A DNA stretch of 63,848 bases, filler included, from Licmophora abbreviata (GCA_900291995.1; 5 parts of 5 records of this genome joined end to end with filler, not necessarily neighbours in it); one strand, 5' to 3'. Positions 34,694 to 47,187 are shown, counted from the first letter of the whole stretch. Notes: a model not told the origin generated them from the letters alone. Made by a program: numbers and translations.

Positions 34694-35926
34694 ATGAAGC
34701 TCCTCGTCGCCTTGATGTCACTGGCCACGGCCTCGGCTACTCTGCCTATCTTTGGCGCCAACAAGAGACAGTCCCAGCAACTGTCCTTCGACCACGCAAT
34801 CAAGGCGGACTCCGCGGCCGGAACCAAGCTGCTGAGCAGTGCCCGTCGTGTCGAGGAAGAGAACGGCGACGAGATTGACTTCACCTGGGTCGCTGATTAC
34901 TCCATCAAGTTTCAGGGATGCCACCACATCTCTCAGTGGAACGCGGATGAAGAGGGCGGAGACGGCGGAGAGGGACAAGACGACGTTCGTATCGCGACCA
35001 AGCGTCTCATTCGCTTCCGTCTGTGCCCGGCAGACACTTGCACTACCACCAACGCCGGCGGCTGCAACAGTGGCTACGGAGACTACATCATCGATATGAA
35101 CACCTACCTTCAGGTCTACTTTGAGGCCCGTGCCAACTACTGGGAATACAAGTGCGCATACATGGAGGAAGTTGGATGTGGCTGCAACAACGACGATGGC
35201 AACGGAGGTCGTCGTCTCGACCAAAACTATTGCATCTACAACTGTATGGTGGAGAATGGAATCGACGAAGAGTGCGAAGCCGAGAACCCCAACGGAAATG
35301 ACAACAGCCAGCAAGAAGAAGCCTTCCAACTCGAGGATTACATGGAGTGCGCCAACTACGAGTTTGGAAACAACAACAACAACCGCCGTCAGCTTGACCA
35401 AAATGAGGTCGAATACTTCTTGGGACCCTACTGCGCCTCTCAGGGAGGAGAGGTCTTCCTTGGTCTTTTCACTGACGACACATGCACCACGTTTGCTGAT
35501 GATTATGGTGGAAAGGAAACGTTCGAGTCCCTCTCGTATGGCGCTGAAATGCCCTACGGCTCCACCAGTCTCCTCGACATGGATTGCCTTTCATGCAAGG
35601 AACCTGAAGAGTGGAACAACGACGGAAACGATGCCAACGACGCTGATGAAGTTGTCGAAACTTGCGAAATGATCTACTCCGCTGCTGGAAAGTGCGAGTC
35701 TGGACTCTACGATGTCGTCGACGAGCCCAACGAGAACGCGTGCAACTACATGGAGGGAATCAAAATCGTGCGCAAGAATGGAACCATCATCCAAGGGTCG
35801 TCCGGTGCCAACAAGACTGCCTCAATCTTCATCGGCATCTTCGTCGTTGCATTTGTCCTTCTTGCCGCATACGTCTACTTCCTCAAGACCAAGCTCGACC
35901 GCGCATCGATCAACCTCTCCGAGTAA
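34694..35926 (+). CDS. second silicanin-family protein (divergent clade)
   Basis: Signal peptide, ARRVEE, YSIKFQGCHH, RLIRFRLCP, GYGDYIIDM, YFLGPYCA, GLFTDDTC, CLSCKE, AGKCE; TM and tail KTKLDRASINLSE. Confidence 0.85.
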   Translation: MKLLVALMSLATASATLPIFGANKRQSQQLSFDHAIKADSAAGTKLLSSARRVEEENGDEIDFTWVADYSIKFQGCHHISQWNADEEGGDGGEGQDDVRIATKRLIRFRLCPADTCTTTNAGGCNSGYGDYIIDMNTYLQVYFEARANYWEYKCAYMEEVGCGCNNDDGNGGRRLDQNYCIYNCMVENGIDEECEAENPNGNDNSQQEEAFQLEDYMECANYEFGNNNNNRRQLDQNEVEYFLGPYCASQGGEVFLGLFTDDTCTTFADDYGGKETFESLSYGAEMPYGSTSLLDMDCLSCKEPEEWNNDGNDANDADEVVETCEMIYSAAGKCESGLYDVVDEPNENACNYMEGIKIVRKNGTIIQGSSGANKTASIFIGIFVVAFVLLAAYVYFLKTKLDRASINLSE

Positions 35927-36374
35927 ATTTGTTGCTTCGTTGACGAGATCGATTAGACTAGGTCAACATATCAATGTACATGTTAGTGTCATTCTCGGGA
36001 GTTTCAGTTCTGAATTAAGTTGAAAGAAAGATATTTGAACGTACGCGACTCTATGCTAGAATCGATCTGTATTATGAAAGAGAGTGCGATCGCCACCATC
36101 ATCTTTTCCGTATGTTGGATGTCGGCTGCCGCTTTGCCATCTTCGTCACATCCCAAGGCTAGCTAGTGGCAGCTTCTTTATCGAAGTCGTAGCATTCACG
36201 GGAGTTCGACGGGCATTGCCAACTCAAAAAATAAAACATGCTATGATAGTTGTACTGAGTCTACTCGACTAACACCACATCTCGACGGCGTTTCAACGAC
36301 TTGCTGTCATGGGGCGCTACAACTTCCACCACAATTCGCAATGCTATGACAAGCGCCGAAAGATCCTCCTTCCT

Positions 36375-37738
36375 CTAATATTCTTCTCGCATGTAGAGCT
36401 GCAAAGGAGGCGCTCCGTTGTTAACGAGAATCTCGTCTCCCAACTCCAAATTGTGCGTCAAGTGCGAGCCGTCAATAAAGATGCGCCCCTTTTGAGAGTT
36501 CCACCGCAAGTGCATTTTTTCATCCTCCAGCAGAAAGTCATTGTCCATCTTTCGAAGTGCCTCGCGATTCTCAGAGTTCTCGATCATATGTTCTCTAATC
36601 AAGTATTGCAAATCTCGCGACTCGAGTTCCATGTACTTGCCACCGGCAGCGGCCATGGCAGCCGTGGACCCCGTTGCCGTACATACCCACATTCCTGAAC
36701 TCCACACGTTCAGACTATTCTGCACCTCGTATGGTTGTCCACCAAATCGAATGGTCGTCCCGTACATATTCGATGGTGCTGCATGGGGGTGATCGCCAGG
36801 CTTGTTGACGGGGACGTGCAGCGCTTTCTCACTCACTGGATTCAACCATCCCATTCGAAATCGACTTACTGCCGCCGGGCTTGGATTGGCAATGAGCAAG
36901 TCATTCAGCGCTGGCACCAGCCGAGTTTCCGAAAAGGTTGACTTGACGGAGCAATGAATGCGCGTCCGCTTGCCCAGCCACGCTCCTCCGTGCAGGACTT
37001 TGGCAACACCGTCCTCCATGTCGTGCGCTGTGCACATGCACAGGGCCCCGTGAGATCTACCATTCAAAACAAGCAGTGCAACGAGGCATCGTGAGCTTGT
37101 AACGCACAAGCAAAAGGTACTTCTCGACCTTGCGTCTTACTCGCGTACCTTCGTTCGTCACTCTTCTTCTTGACGGAATGCTCCTCAGTCGATCGCATCG
37201 GATCCGAGTTGATACCCAAGAGGGGTATCGTCCCATGATCAAGAAAGTGTGCAGCCGAAAGGACAGTCCCATCTCCTCCTACCGCCACCATGAGGTCGAC
37301 ATCCGCCAGATGTTGTCGGTCAAGTTCGACTCGATTCACGCAAGAAAAATTGACTTGGTGCTGGCGTAGAATGCCCAACAGGTCGTTTACACACTGCTTG
37401 TGCGCCTTGTAGCGAGATTCGAGTCGTTTCCATCTCAGTGCCTTCGGAGCTTGACCGCGAAGCTTCAACTTTGTGAGGGGGTAATGAAAATGACAAAGTG
37501 TCAGTGCGGTCTCGAGGCGATCAGAAAAGATTCGGCTGTCCTGGTTGGATCCGACGGTTTGCAAGCCCAGAAGGTACAGTCCGGCGACATTGAGCCGATA
37601 GCGGGGAATTCACGTTTCAAACCGACAAAACCAACTCACTTGAGAATATTCTTCATACGCGGTCTGCTTGATGACTACGAGCAGGTTGTGGTACCTCAAC
37701 GTCTTCCCTGAGGCGTGTAATCCAGCCAAGCTCGCCAT
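36375..37738 (-). CDS. NAD(H) kinase (NADK3-like); introns 37469-37639 and 37057-37148
   Basis: AVGGDGTVL, LLGINSDP, ALNDLLIA, SSGMWVCTATGSTAAMAAAGG; spliced frame is continuous. Confidence 0.92.
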
Positions 37739-37906
37739 GGTCGCTGGATGCTGGGTACTGGATGGAATGAAACTTGACGCGTTGATTTTTTTCTGGATCG
37801 GCGCCGTCTTTACCTGGTACTTGTACCGGACAGCCGGACAGAAGACGACGGCGAACGTCAAACTTTAAACTTTGATGAGATTGATTCATTCCTTGGAACG
37901 ACTACG

Positions 37907-38006
37907 NNNNNNNNNNNNNNNNNNNNNNNNNNNNNNNNNNNNNNNNNNNNTTAATTAATTAANNNNNNNNNNNNNNNNNNNNNNNNNNNNNNNNNNNNNN
38001 NNNNNN
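37907..38006. other. artificial assembly spacer
   Basis: N44-TTAATTAATTAA-N44. Confidence 0.98.
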
Positions 38007-38075
38007 ACCCCATTATGGCACAACCCAACTTCGCGCCATTCAATCTATACAATACAATCATCGTGTCTTACAGGG

Positions 38076-39290
38076 CTAATACAGTGCCCGATAGAACAGA
38101 GGTATAGCTTTCTCGTCTGTTGGTGGCACGTGCCTACGTCGTCGCGCTGTATTGCGAAACGGGCCAAGTCGACTGTCCTCGTCGGTGTACCATGGAAGCA
38201 CAATCGGTGGATAGAAAGCATAGTGTACCTTGTACTTCGTATGTACAAAGATGCTTCTCCAATCTTCCAACGTCGGAGCTGGCCTGTACTTCCAGTCAAT
38301 GTCAGCGTCTGTGAAGATCCGATCCGTCGCCCGGGCTCGCAGATCTCTGGGGATCGATACACGCATCGACGTGGGAAGGCTATGCAAGACATACTCTGTA
38401 GATGGGACATGTATTGTACCTAGGCTGCCCAGGCGATTCGCACAGATCTCTACGCACTGCCTAACACATCGAAGAGCCTGTCTGCTTTCATCAAGCAACT
38501 GCGACTCCACATAGAAACCAGAAGGAATGTCCTCCGTGAGTAATAAAATACTTGAACGACTCCCATCGTTCTCACCCCGCCTGTCTGTTCGCTGAATGTT
38601 AAACGATACCACCGTCGCACCGTACTTGCGGAGCGGATACCGGACGTTGTCAGCCTCGTCCCAAACATGATTCGTGAGCGCGACGTCGAGCTTGACATAT
38701 CCAAGACGAACCGTCCTCAACAGGAAACAAAAGTGCTGAGTTTGTTCGACATGAAGCACGTTTGGCTTGGATCGATTCCTCCGGAACAGGTCTGGCCTGT
38801 AGGACATCCGGCTGGGGAGCCGACATTCACGGACGATAAAGGGCACCGAGTGAGATTGGATGTAGTGAGTTACTGCCTTGTCCATCTCGCGGCATGTCAT
38901 CCTCATGGACACGAGTTCTTCAGGTCCCAGAAAGGGCATCAGTACGTCTCGCACTACCTCGAAGGGAATGATAGGAGGGGAATCCGAGCCCGGAGACAGC
39001 ATAGTGTTGTTTCCCACGTCGCACGGACGAAGAGAACTCTTCGTGGATGAGGACGCAGCAACTCTTCGACGAAAAAGCGGTCTTCGCCTATTTTCCCGTA
39101 AGTCCCGCTTTCGGAGATGACAATGGGGGGCACACGACAGCATTACAGTCCGACAGTCGCATCCAGAGAAACTGAAATGAATTCTGAGTGTTCGCTGATT
39201 ACTTTTGATGTCTGATGTCTCTTCTTCCCGAAGAAGCGGAGAGCCTTTGTGTCTCATCACCGAGGAATTCTCAATCTGTAGTAATATCAT
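38076..39290 (-). CDS. hypothetical protein with an F-box-like motif (true start may be downstream)
   Basis: IPFEVVRDVLMPFLGPEELVSMRMTCREMDKAV fits the F-box pattern. Confidence 0.6.
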   Translation of the reverse strand: MILLQIENSSVMRHKGSPLLREEETSDIKSNQRTLRIHFSFSGCDCRTVMLSCAPHCHLRKRDLRENRRRPLFRRRVAASSSTKSSLRPCDVGNNTMLSPGSDSPPIIPFEVVRDVLMPFLGPEELVSMRMTCREMDKAVTHYIQSHSVPFIVRECRLPSRMSYRPDLFRRNRSKPNVLHVEQTQHFCFLLRTVRLGYVKLDVALTNHVWDEADNVRYPLRKYGATVVSFNIQRTDRRGENDGSRSSILLLTEDIPSGFYVESQLLDESRQALRCVRQCVEICANRLGSLGTIHVPSTEYVLHSLPTSMRVSIPRDLRARATDRIFTDADIDWKYRPAPTLEDWRSIFVHTKYKVHYAFYPPIVLPWYTDEDSRLGPFRNTARRRRHVPPTDEKAIPLFYRALY

Positions 39291-40048
39291 GCACGCTCAA
39301 AGCGCGAATCGTGCCAACCGGGTGGGCGTACTCTCATAGAGTAGATGCCACAGCGCCAACACTACTTTATTGAGAGAAGGTCCCCGTTATGATAAACATT
39401 AACAAATGAATAAAACATATACTACTTTACTTATGTATCCCGGGTCTCAGAAATATATCGAACATTCACCCTTGAAGATTTGAAGATGTTATATAAAAAA
39501 GTGGCTCACCCAACCCTAACAGCTCTCATCATCACTGTCATTACAAGCTCGACTGCCGTGAACGATCGACAGTACCAGGTACCATGGTATTATCAAAGTT
39601 AGCAATCATGCGCAATGTAATCATTCGTCCTTCACGCTTGCAGGGTGGGAAGCTATGGAAATGCAAGCCCATGGTACTCAGCAAATGTCCTCGTGAGACA
39701 GTAAGTAGAATAGCCTGCCCGGATTTGTCTCGACAATGTGTCGGCATATCGGTATAACTCGTACACAGTGAAGTTTGTTACGGTACAGTGGTCTCACGCG
39801 ACTTCGATCGTAATCATTTGCAAACCAGGTCGAATATAGGGTGAAACGCCTGGGGAAGGCTTATTCTGTTCAAGTATAGCCTGCATCTACAGTAATCTCA
39901 GAAGATCGATTTGGGCTCCCATACGGACTACCGCATCAGCAAATAAGTCTCAAGTGAATTTTTCGACCAAGAACCAGCATCCGTTAATCGCCCAGACGAT
40001 CACAACATGAGGGTCTCACGATTATAGACTAAAGGCGCAATTAGAACT

Positions 40049-40974
40049 TTAGAACACCATATTGTGTGGCTTGTCGCTGCTCGTCAGAGAGAACCGGGCA
40101 GCCAGGTATCCCTCCAACATTGGGACACCACCGACAGCTGCGAGTAGAGCTGTGTCGACCTTCTTTTGATCTGCTTTGCGCTCGTCGCTAACAACTGCTG
40201 GCTTGGGTGCATCCCCCATAAAGAATTCGTCTTCTCCCTCCTTGTCATCGTCCTTGGCCCGAGAAAAGTATTCGTCTTTGATGGACGACACGTCCACACC
40301 GGACACATCGACCTTGGTGGAAGTAGCAATGACGTATGCTTGGTTGACGCGACGAAGCGGCACACCGTTAATTTTGTACGGTCCTGACACGAGCAGCAGT
40401 CCCGACTCAAGAGCCTTCAAGCAAACGACGCGCTTTCCACGGAATCGGCCCGCCAGCAAGATCAACACAGTTCCGGGTGTGATGGAAGCGCGAATCCGCG
40501 GGGCCTACATCGAAAGACAAAAGGGAATCGAGAACGAAGGGCAATGACGTGAGATGAGTTGCTCCAGCATAGCGTGTAAATACTGCGGAAATCTGGTTGG
40601 AGCGGGATCTCACTACAGCCCGATATCATAATCGACACGACGTACATTCTGTTTGACCTTGTGGACAGCCTTTCGTGGCTTGGCGTCCTCAGCGGGATAA
40701 TACCGCGTGCTCTTTGCAGTCTGTAGCAACAAAAGAGGCGGAAATGAATGGTCAGTCAGGGGTCCAACAACGAGAGCATGGCGTCGCGTGCATATGCAGC
40801 GGGCCTGGTTCAGTGCGTCGCTCGTAACGAAATTATTCTTGTCCCCTTTCTCAGCGATTTTTGTTTTTCCCATGGCACAATCTCCACACGCAAGGTCGAA
40901 AGTACATCCGCACCCGTCGGTACGCTCCGCTTTCCCGTCTCTGCTTGCAGAAATCAACTTACAGCAGCAGTCAT
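40049..40974 (-). CDS. RPL6: 60S ribosomal protein L6 (eL6); exons 40974-40963, 40720-40646 and 40504-40049
   Basis: [55 protein letters not shown] and GTACGT donors. Confidence 0.95.
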
Positions 40975-41376
40975 GGTCGTCTTCTTGGTGAGGCAAATTG
41001 CGGTCGACAGCGTGCCATGAGTTTGCGGCTGGGGTAGTCAAGCTTTCAACGGTGTTTTCTACGCATGGCGTATTAGTCTAGTAAGCAGTAACTGGAACAG
41101 GTTTTGAGTTTCGACGTTTCTTAGCCAGTTTCAACGTGAGCGTCGGACAGACGAGTCGCGATCTCTCGTCTCTCTTGGTGTGCGACGGATGACACAGAAA
41201 GCAGTCGAATTACTTCGTACATGAACTCGTCCCAGGCACCTACGACACCCAAAAGTCCTAACCCTAACTGTAAATAATCAGTCGCTGCTACTAAAGAGAT
41301 CTTCAAACTAGAGATAAACTTGCAGGAGCCAGCAATGTAACACTCTTCTAAACGACGGTTGCTACCCTTTCCGTGA

Positions 41377-44300
41377 TTATTGCGATTCTTTTCGTTTCTG
41401 CAAACGCTCCTTATGGCGAGCCAGAGCTATCTCTGATCGTCGCTGCATCGACGCAGCAGCTCCTCCGTTTTCATACCGCTGTTTCATTTTGTCCAACAGA
41501 AGCGTCTCCTTGCCCTTGAACTTATCCATTATTGTATCGATGCGGTCCACCTTCGCCTTGTCGTACTTCTCCAGCAAGGCAAGAACCTGATCGCGTATTT
41601 CAGCCACATCTTCGGGAGGAACAGGCGATGGAACTTCCGGAGAGGATTTCACATTACGTATGACCGGGGAGTTGGGCGATGCCACGGCGGTCCGCCCAGG
41701 TGTTCTCGACGTCCGATTCATTATCTGGGCAGTACGCGCACGAAGAGTCGCCGCCGACGATGCATCCTTGGCACGTCGCAGATCCTTAGAAGACTTTGCC
41801 AGAAGCGACTCTTTGTCGTCCAGCGCTCGGGACAGTTTTTCTCGTTCGCGCGTCGCCTTTGACAGCTTTTGCTGAACGACGCGGAGCTGAAGCAGCGTTC
41901 GCATCCAATGAACAGACTGTTAGTGACGAACGGTCAACATTTGTAAGCATGATAACAGGCCTCCAAACGGTCTCCTTACCTCGTCGCGACACTTTTCCAG
42001 CTCCGTAGACGCCTCTTCTCGAAGCGCCTTTTCTTTCTGCCACCGACTCGCCATTTCGGTGTTGGTCTTTCGAAGAACCTCCATGGAGCGATTCTCCGTT
42101 TGTGCTTTGGCCCGTGACTGGGAAATGTTCGCGAGTCTTTCCTGAATTCGAGTGTTGTCGCGTTTTAGGGACTGAAGCTGATGCTCAGATTTCTCTTTGG
42201 CCCTCGTCAGCTTTTTCATCTCTGATGTGAGCGACTTGACAGTCTCCTCTAGATTCTTGGACGTTACATTGCGCTGGGCGGCTCCGAGCTGGATTCTGCG
42301 TACACGCGTTGCAAACTTGAGAGCGTGGACCGACTCATCGAATGCGATGTCCATGGGACAGACTGCAACAACCATCATCGTTCTTGAATTGCCACCCAGT
42401 GCATCTTGGAGAAGATATGTGAGCTTGCTATCGCGATAAGGAACATGAGAGGCCTTCCGATCCAGGGCCTCCATAACGTTGCCCAACGCTGCAAGACTCT
42501 TATTGATATAACCGGCCTCCTTCAGTTGCTCTCCTTCGACCTTACTCTTCCTGACGCGCTCTGATCCTGCGAGGTCGACAAGATACAGAGTGCCGTTGTT
42601 TCCCGGCTGTTCGCCGATAGTGGACTTGACATCAACTGAGAGCACCATGTGCGACCGACTGCTGTGTTCGTTCAGATCGGTCGATGCCGTCGCTCGGTTC
42701 GCGTTGCCCCGCTTCAGCAGGTTCATCACATCAGTAATGCTTCCCACCGGTTCCTTCGAAAGACCCGGAACTTCTATATGACCATCCTCCGTCCTCCTGA
42801 TACTTAGCGTCGCTTTTGCCCCATTCTTTCGAGCTTCGCGTTTCTTGGCGGACGCTGTTATTCCTTCCGCAGACGACGCGAGAAGATCATACACTTCGTC
42901 GTTGTAGATTTCTAGCATTCCTAACTGTAAGGAAAAGTCGAACTCTCCTATGTCTTCCTGTCCTTCACTGCGTGCGATGATAGCCGCTGCTTTCTGCTGC
43001 TGTGCACGTAGATTCAACAAGTGGAAGATCTTCTGAATGGTGCGGTAGCTGATACCGTACTGATTGCCCTCTGGACTGCCCTCCATAGTGTAAGTCTTCC
43101 CGCTTCCACTGTAGAAGTAAGTCCACAGGAAGAGCAATGATGAGTGAGTTATCAATCGCATATACATTTCGCGAGCCTCCAATCGGAAACAAATATTGTC
43201 ATCCCAAAGCAGAACTTACGTTTGACCGTACGCGAAGATACACGCGTTGTATCCATCGACGACGCTAAGCGCAAGAGGCTCGACGTCCTGAAACACGCTA
43301 CTCTGCGATTGGTCAGGACCCCAGACCCTATCGAATCCGAAGCTCTTCCATTTGTTCGTTCGCTGGTCGTAGCATCCGATCTCGGTCTCGCTGAGCGCTT
43401 CGACAACACCTTTGTTGCCGGAATGAATCTCTGACATTCGCATGGGTCGCACGCGGCAATAAACTTGTATATTACCCTGGAGACTGAGAATCTTGCTGAG
43501 GAGCTGTGCGTTATAGTCGCGCTGCTTGTCACTCTTTTTATCGATTCTCCTCAATTCTTCGACAATCACATCCAAATCGCCGCTCTCGATTACCTCTTGC
43601 ATGTGTGACTCTCCAATATCGCGAATGTCCCCAAGCGAGTCACCTCCTTTCTCTGGACTTGCTAGGGCACTGATGCGGGACATCTGCGGCGGCACAACTG
43701 CTGCATCACTGCTCGTGCTAAAGAGTTGCGTCTGTAGCACCTGTAGATCCTCCTCGAGGCGCTTCACGCGGACCTCGCCCATTCGACTCTGGTCCTGGAG
43801 CGAATCGCACTCTTTCCGAAGAGTCTTTGCTTTCTTCTCCTCTTCCTCAACGCGATAGATGAGCCGCTGTGGTGTGGTTGGTGAGGTCGATCGAGCACGC
43901 CGACGTCGGACCGAGCGGAGTCGTCGCGAAAATGACTGAGACTCGTCGACACCTCGGATAATAGGATCAAAGTCGTCACGACTGTCGACCGACATATCGG
44001 ACATGGAGCGTTCCGATCGTCTCGATGAGACGGTTGTCTTGGGCTTTCGATGCTTTGCGTTCTGTTTTGGAATCGTCGGGGCCGCCCGATCCTTCTCGCG
44101 ACGGATGACTATCAGGTTTGCTTCCGCCTCAGCCAGCTTGCCTTTGGTGGTGGACAGCTCCTTCTCGAGCCGTGTCACGTCCGCCTCCGCTTTAGTTACC
44201 CTCCCTTCGACAGCAGTTCCTAGCTTGTTGATATCACGCTCCTTTTGTTCGAGAACATCCTTCGTTCGAGCCAGCTGTTCTTTCAGCTTCACCACAAGTT

Positions 44301-45803
44301 CGCTGTGTGCTGTGTCCGACTCTTCGTTCTGTTGGTCTCGTGTAGAAGCAATCGTTGTTTCAGCGACGTCGACCTGAGCTTGCAGATCAGAGTTCGCCTC
44401 CGATAGTGATGTCAACTTGGCCCGTAGGTCATTCATTTCCTTCTCCACTTCTGCTTTCATGGACGTACGGACGCTGTCGGCGGCTGTCTTCTCCGCTTCG
44501 CGGCGTGATTCGTCAAATCGGTCGTTGACGGCCTCCAGCTCTTCGACAAGAGCTTCTTGATCCTTCTTTCCGTTCTCCAGAGACGTTTCTAGGTTAGCAA
44601 TTTCTGTTCTCAGTCGAATCGTTTCCTCCGTAGCAGCGGCCATGGTCTTTTCCAAAGTGTCGACCTCGGCGACAGCAGTCCGTGCTTCGGTCTCTGTTTG
44701 ATCGAGCTTACTCTGCAACTGGTGGATCTCGTCTCGATGCTCTACGCGGATGCCTTCGATCCTGGCATTGAAGTGGCCAACATCTTCCAGTGAAGCCTTG
44801 AGCTCTTCCTGTGTCAATGTCAGCTCCTCTTTAAGCAACGATACCTCCTCGCGCAACTTGTGCTCCTCTCCCAAACGAGCTTCGCTCGCTTCATTGGGCT
44901 CCTGAACAACATCGGTATCGGACAAGCCTCTCTGTGTGGCCTCCTTTTCAGCGGTTGTATGTTCGTGGGTGGACTTCGCATCCGCCAGCTCCTCTTCCGT
45001 CTGAGTCAAGCGTTGTTCAGTCTCGATGAGCTGTTCCGTGACGAGCTCAAGTTCATCCTCCAAGCGTTTGACATAGTCGTCGCTGCGGCTCTCGTCGAGA
45101 GAGGGATATCCATCGTCGTTTTCGTCAACCGACGATCTAGTGCTTTCAGTCCCGCCATTCCCAATTGGCTTTGGCGAGGCGTCACGTGGCTCGGAGGTAC
45201 CATTCTGAGTCTGTCGAGACACGGCGAGATCCGACCGAAGCTCGTCCATGTCGACACGATGGCGCTCCTTTTCGACTTCCAGTTCGAGACGAGTTTCCTC
45301 TAGTTCACTCTCTTTGAAAGCAAGCTCTTCATGTGCTGCGTCGCACTCATCCTTGAGAGCGAACAAGTCCCCCTCAGCTTCGCGCAGCCGCGTTTCTGCT
45401 TCATCCTGGGCCTGCTCTGCCTGTCGCCGCAGTTTTTGTTCTCGATCCAGTTTTGCCCGAGTGTCCGTCAATGCCTGTTCCAGTGACGAAAGTTGCGGCG
45501 CAATGTTCTCGAGCTGCGATGACAAAGCGGAGTTTGCAGCAGAGCTCTCGGCGAGCTTGTCCTCTAAGATTGAAGTGAAGCGGTACAAGCGACGACAAAT
45601 GACAAAAGTGAAGAATGAGCCACCGAGTCCGGAGAAGCTCAAAAGTACTCCGTTGAGCGCAAAGCGATTCGCTACTTACGCATCTTGGATAGTTCCGCAT
45701 CCAGCTCTTCCTCTAGCTCCCGGGAAGACGCAATGTACTCATCAAAGGCGCTCTGTAGAGCTGCCAGCTCCGCCTCGCGGTCGGCAATAGACGCGCTTGC
45801 CAT
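41377..45803 (-). CDS. kinesin-14-like motor with a long N-terminal coiled coil; introns 45564-45679, 43109-43219 and 41887-41979
   Basis: Neck LQGNIQVYCRVRP, AYGQTGSGKT (split by an intron), NEHSSRSH, LVDLAGSER, HVPYRDSKLTYLLQDALGG. Confidence 0.93.
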
Positions 45804-46467
45804 TGCGTGGCTCTTTTACCCGGTCGTCTCCAGTAGCAATGAATTCTCAAGCGAAGCAACGACGTTTCTCGCTCCCCCTCTTTCTTGATGGTACCCTGGT
45901 ACTCTTTGTGTAGTGCGGCTTGCAAAGAACAAGACTCGATCGGAAAGGCAGAGGCACAGGGCCGCCGATGGTCTAGCGCCGCGCTGCTCTTCTTTTTTGG
46001 ACTTTTTGAACTTCTTGTGTGGCAACATTCATTGATTGAAACACGACAGAGACGTGTATGAAAGACGATTGACGCAGATCCTCGTATAGGTTCTACGCAT
46101 TGACGAGCAGAATCTGGCGCGCTTCGGACTCCCCGAAGCCTAAATGTCATCAACGGAAGTATGATAGAAGGCACGGGACTGAAAAGCTCTGTGCGAAAAA
46201 GTTGGCACGACGAATGCGACTATGATACAAGTATCGTAGAAATACAGAAAACAGATCAACGCCACTACTGCAGCAACTACCTTATTGTCATGTTGCCGAA
46301 TCATGGAGCAAGTTAGGTCGCGCCTCTACTCTGTCACGGGAAGCTCGATGGTTTCAAGAACAGCGACCAGACGTAGTCAAGGACATATCTTCAATCTACC
46401 AAACTCGGCATGCATGGTACAATTATGATACAGTGCCGCGAAACAGAAATCTCCCTCCGCCCAGGAA

Positions 46468-47187
46468 TCATACGTAAGTTGTAGTTGGTGCAGCTGCAGT
46501 CGCTTGAGAAGCTCCGCCACGCCCGACGAGAAAACCAAATAGATTCGATCGAATGGCCGTCATGGCGCCAGCTTGCGCGCCTTGCGCCATCATTTCTTGC
46601 AACTTTTCCTTTTGATCGGAGCTGCACTTGTAGTATCCATAGACATTGGAGGCACTGAGACCAAGCGCCATGACGACTGTAATGAGCCATCCGACCTCGA
46701 ATTTGAGTATTCCAATCACGAAGAGCGCTGCCCAGATAAAAGGCGTGGCGTATAGGACAGTCCAGAAGACACTGTGATCGAACTTGTTGACCGCTCGTTC
46801 ATTGGCCGACTCAAAGATCCACTTGGTGCTGTCTCCCTCGACTTGATTCCACCATCGCAGTCCAACAAGCAACCGACCCGTGATATTCTTGACGACCCAA
46901 AAATCGGCTGCAAGGAGCAGTATGCAGATGACTGTGATGGTAATAAAGTTCGCGCCCTTCGCTTCCCCACTACCGACGAACCATCCTCCGAAAATGTACA
47001 GAAAGAGAGCACACCCCTTGAAGAGAAAGTGAAATACGCAGGCGACCGGATGGGATGAGGCGCTCAAACCAGTGGAACTGGAGGCAGAGGGGGGTCCCGA
47101 CGCAGAGGCAGACGGTTCCGTGTCCATTGAGCCCTGAAGTCCGCCACTCTTATTAGATACGTCGAACTGCAGATCAGAGGACATCAT
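46468..47187 (-). CDS. TVP23: Golgi membrane protein TVP23/FAM18 (ECHIDNA-like)
   Basis: HPVACVFHFLFK, DFWVVKNITGRLLVGLRWWN, NVYGYYKC. Confidence 0.95.
   Translation of the reverse strand: MMSSDLQFDVSNKSGGLQGSMDTEPSASASGPPSASSSTGLSASSHPVACVFHFLFKGCALFLYIFGGWFVGSGEAKGANFITITVICILLLAADFWVVKNITGRLLVGLRWWNQVEGDSTKWIFESANERAVNKFDHSVFWTVLYATPFIWAALFVIGILKFEVGWLITVVMALGLSASNVYGYYKCSSDQKEKLQEMMAQGAQAGAMTAIRSNLFGFLVGRGGASQATAAAPTTTYV

Noticed and set aside
39300..40040. AT-richer gene-free stretch considered as a transposon remnant or centromere-like DNA
   Set aside because: No terminal repeats or transposase/RT motifs; too little evidence
40721..40962. Possible snoRNA in the long RPL6 intron 1
   Set aside because: No RUGAUGA C box with a matching terminal CUGA was found by eye; H/ACA could not be assessed
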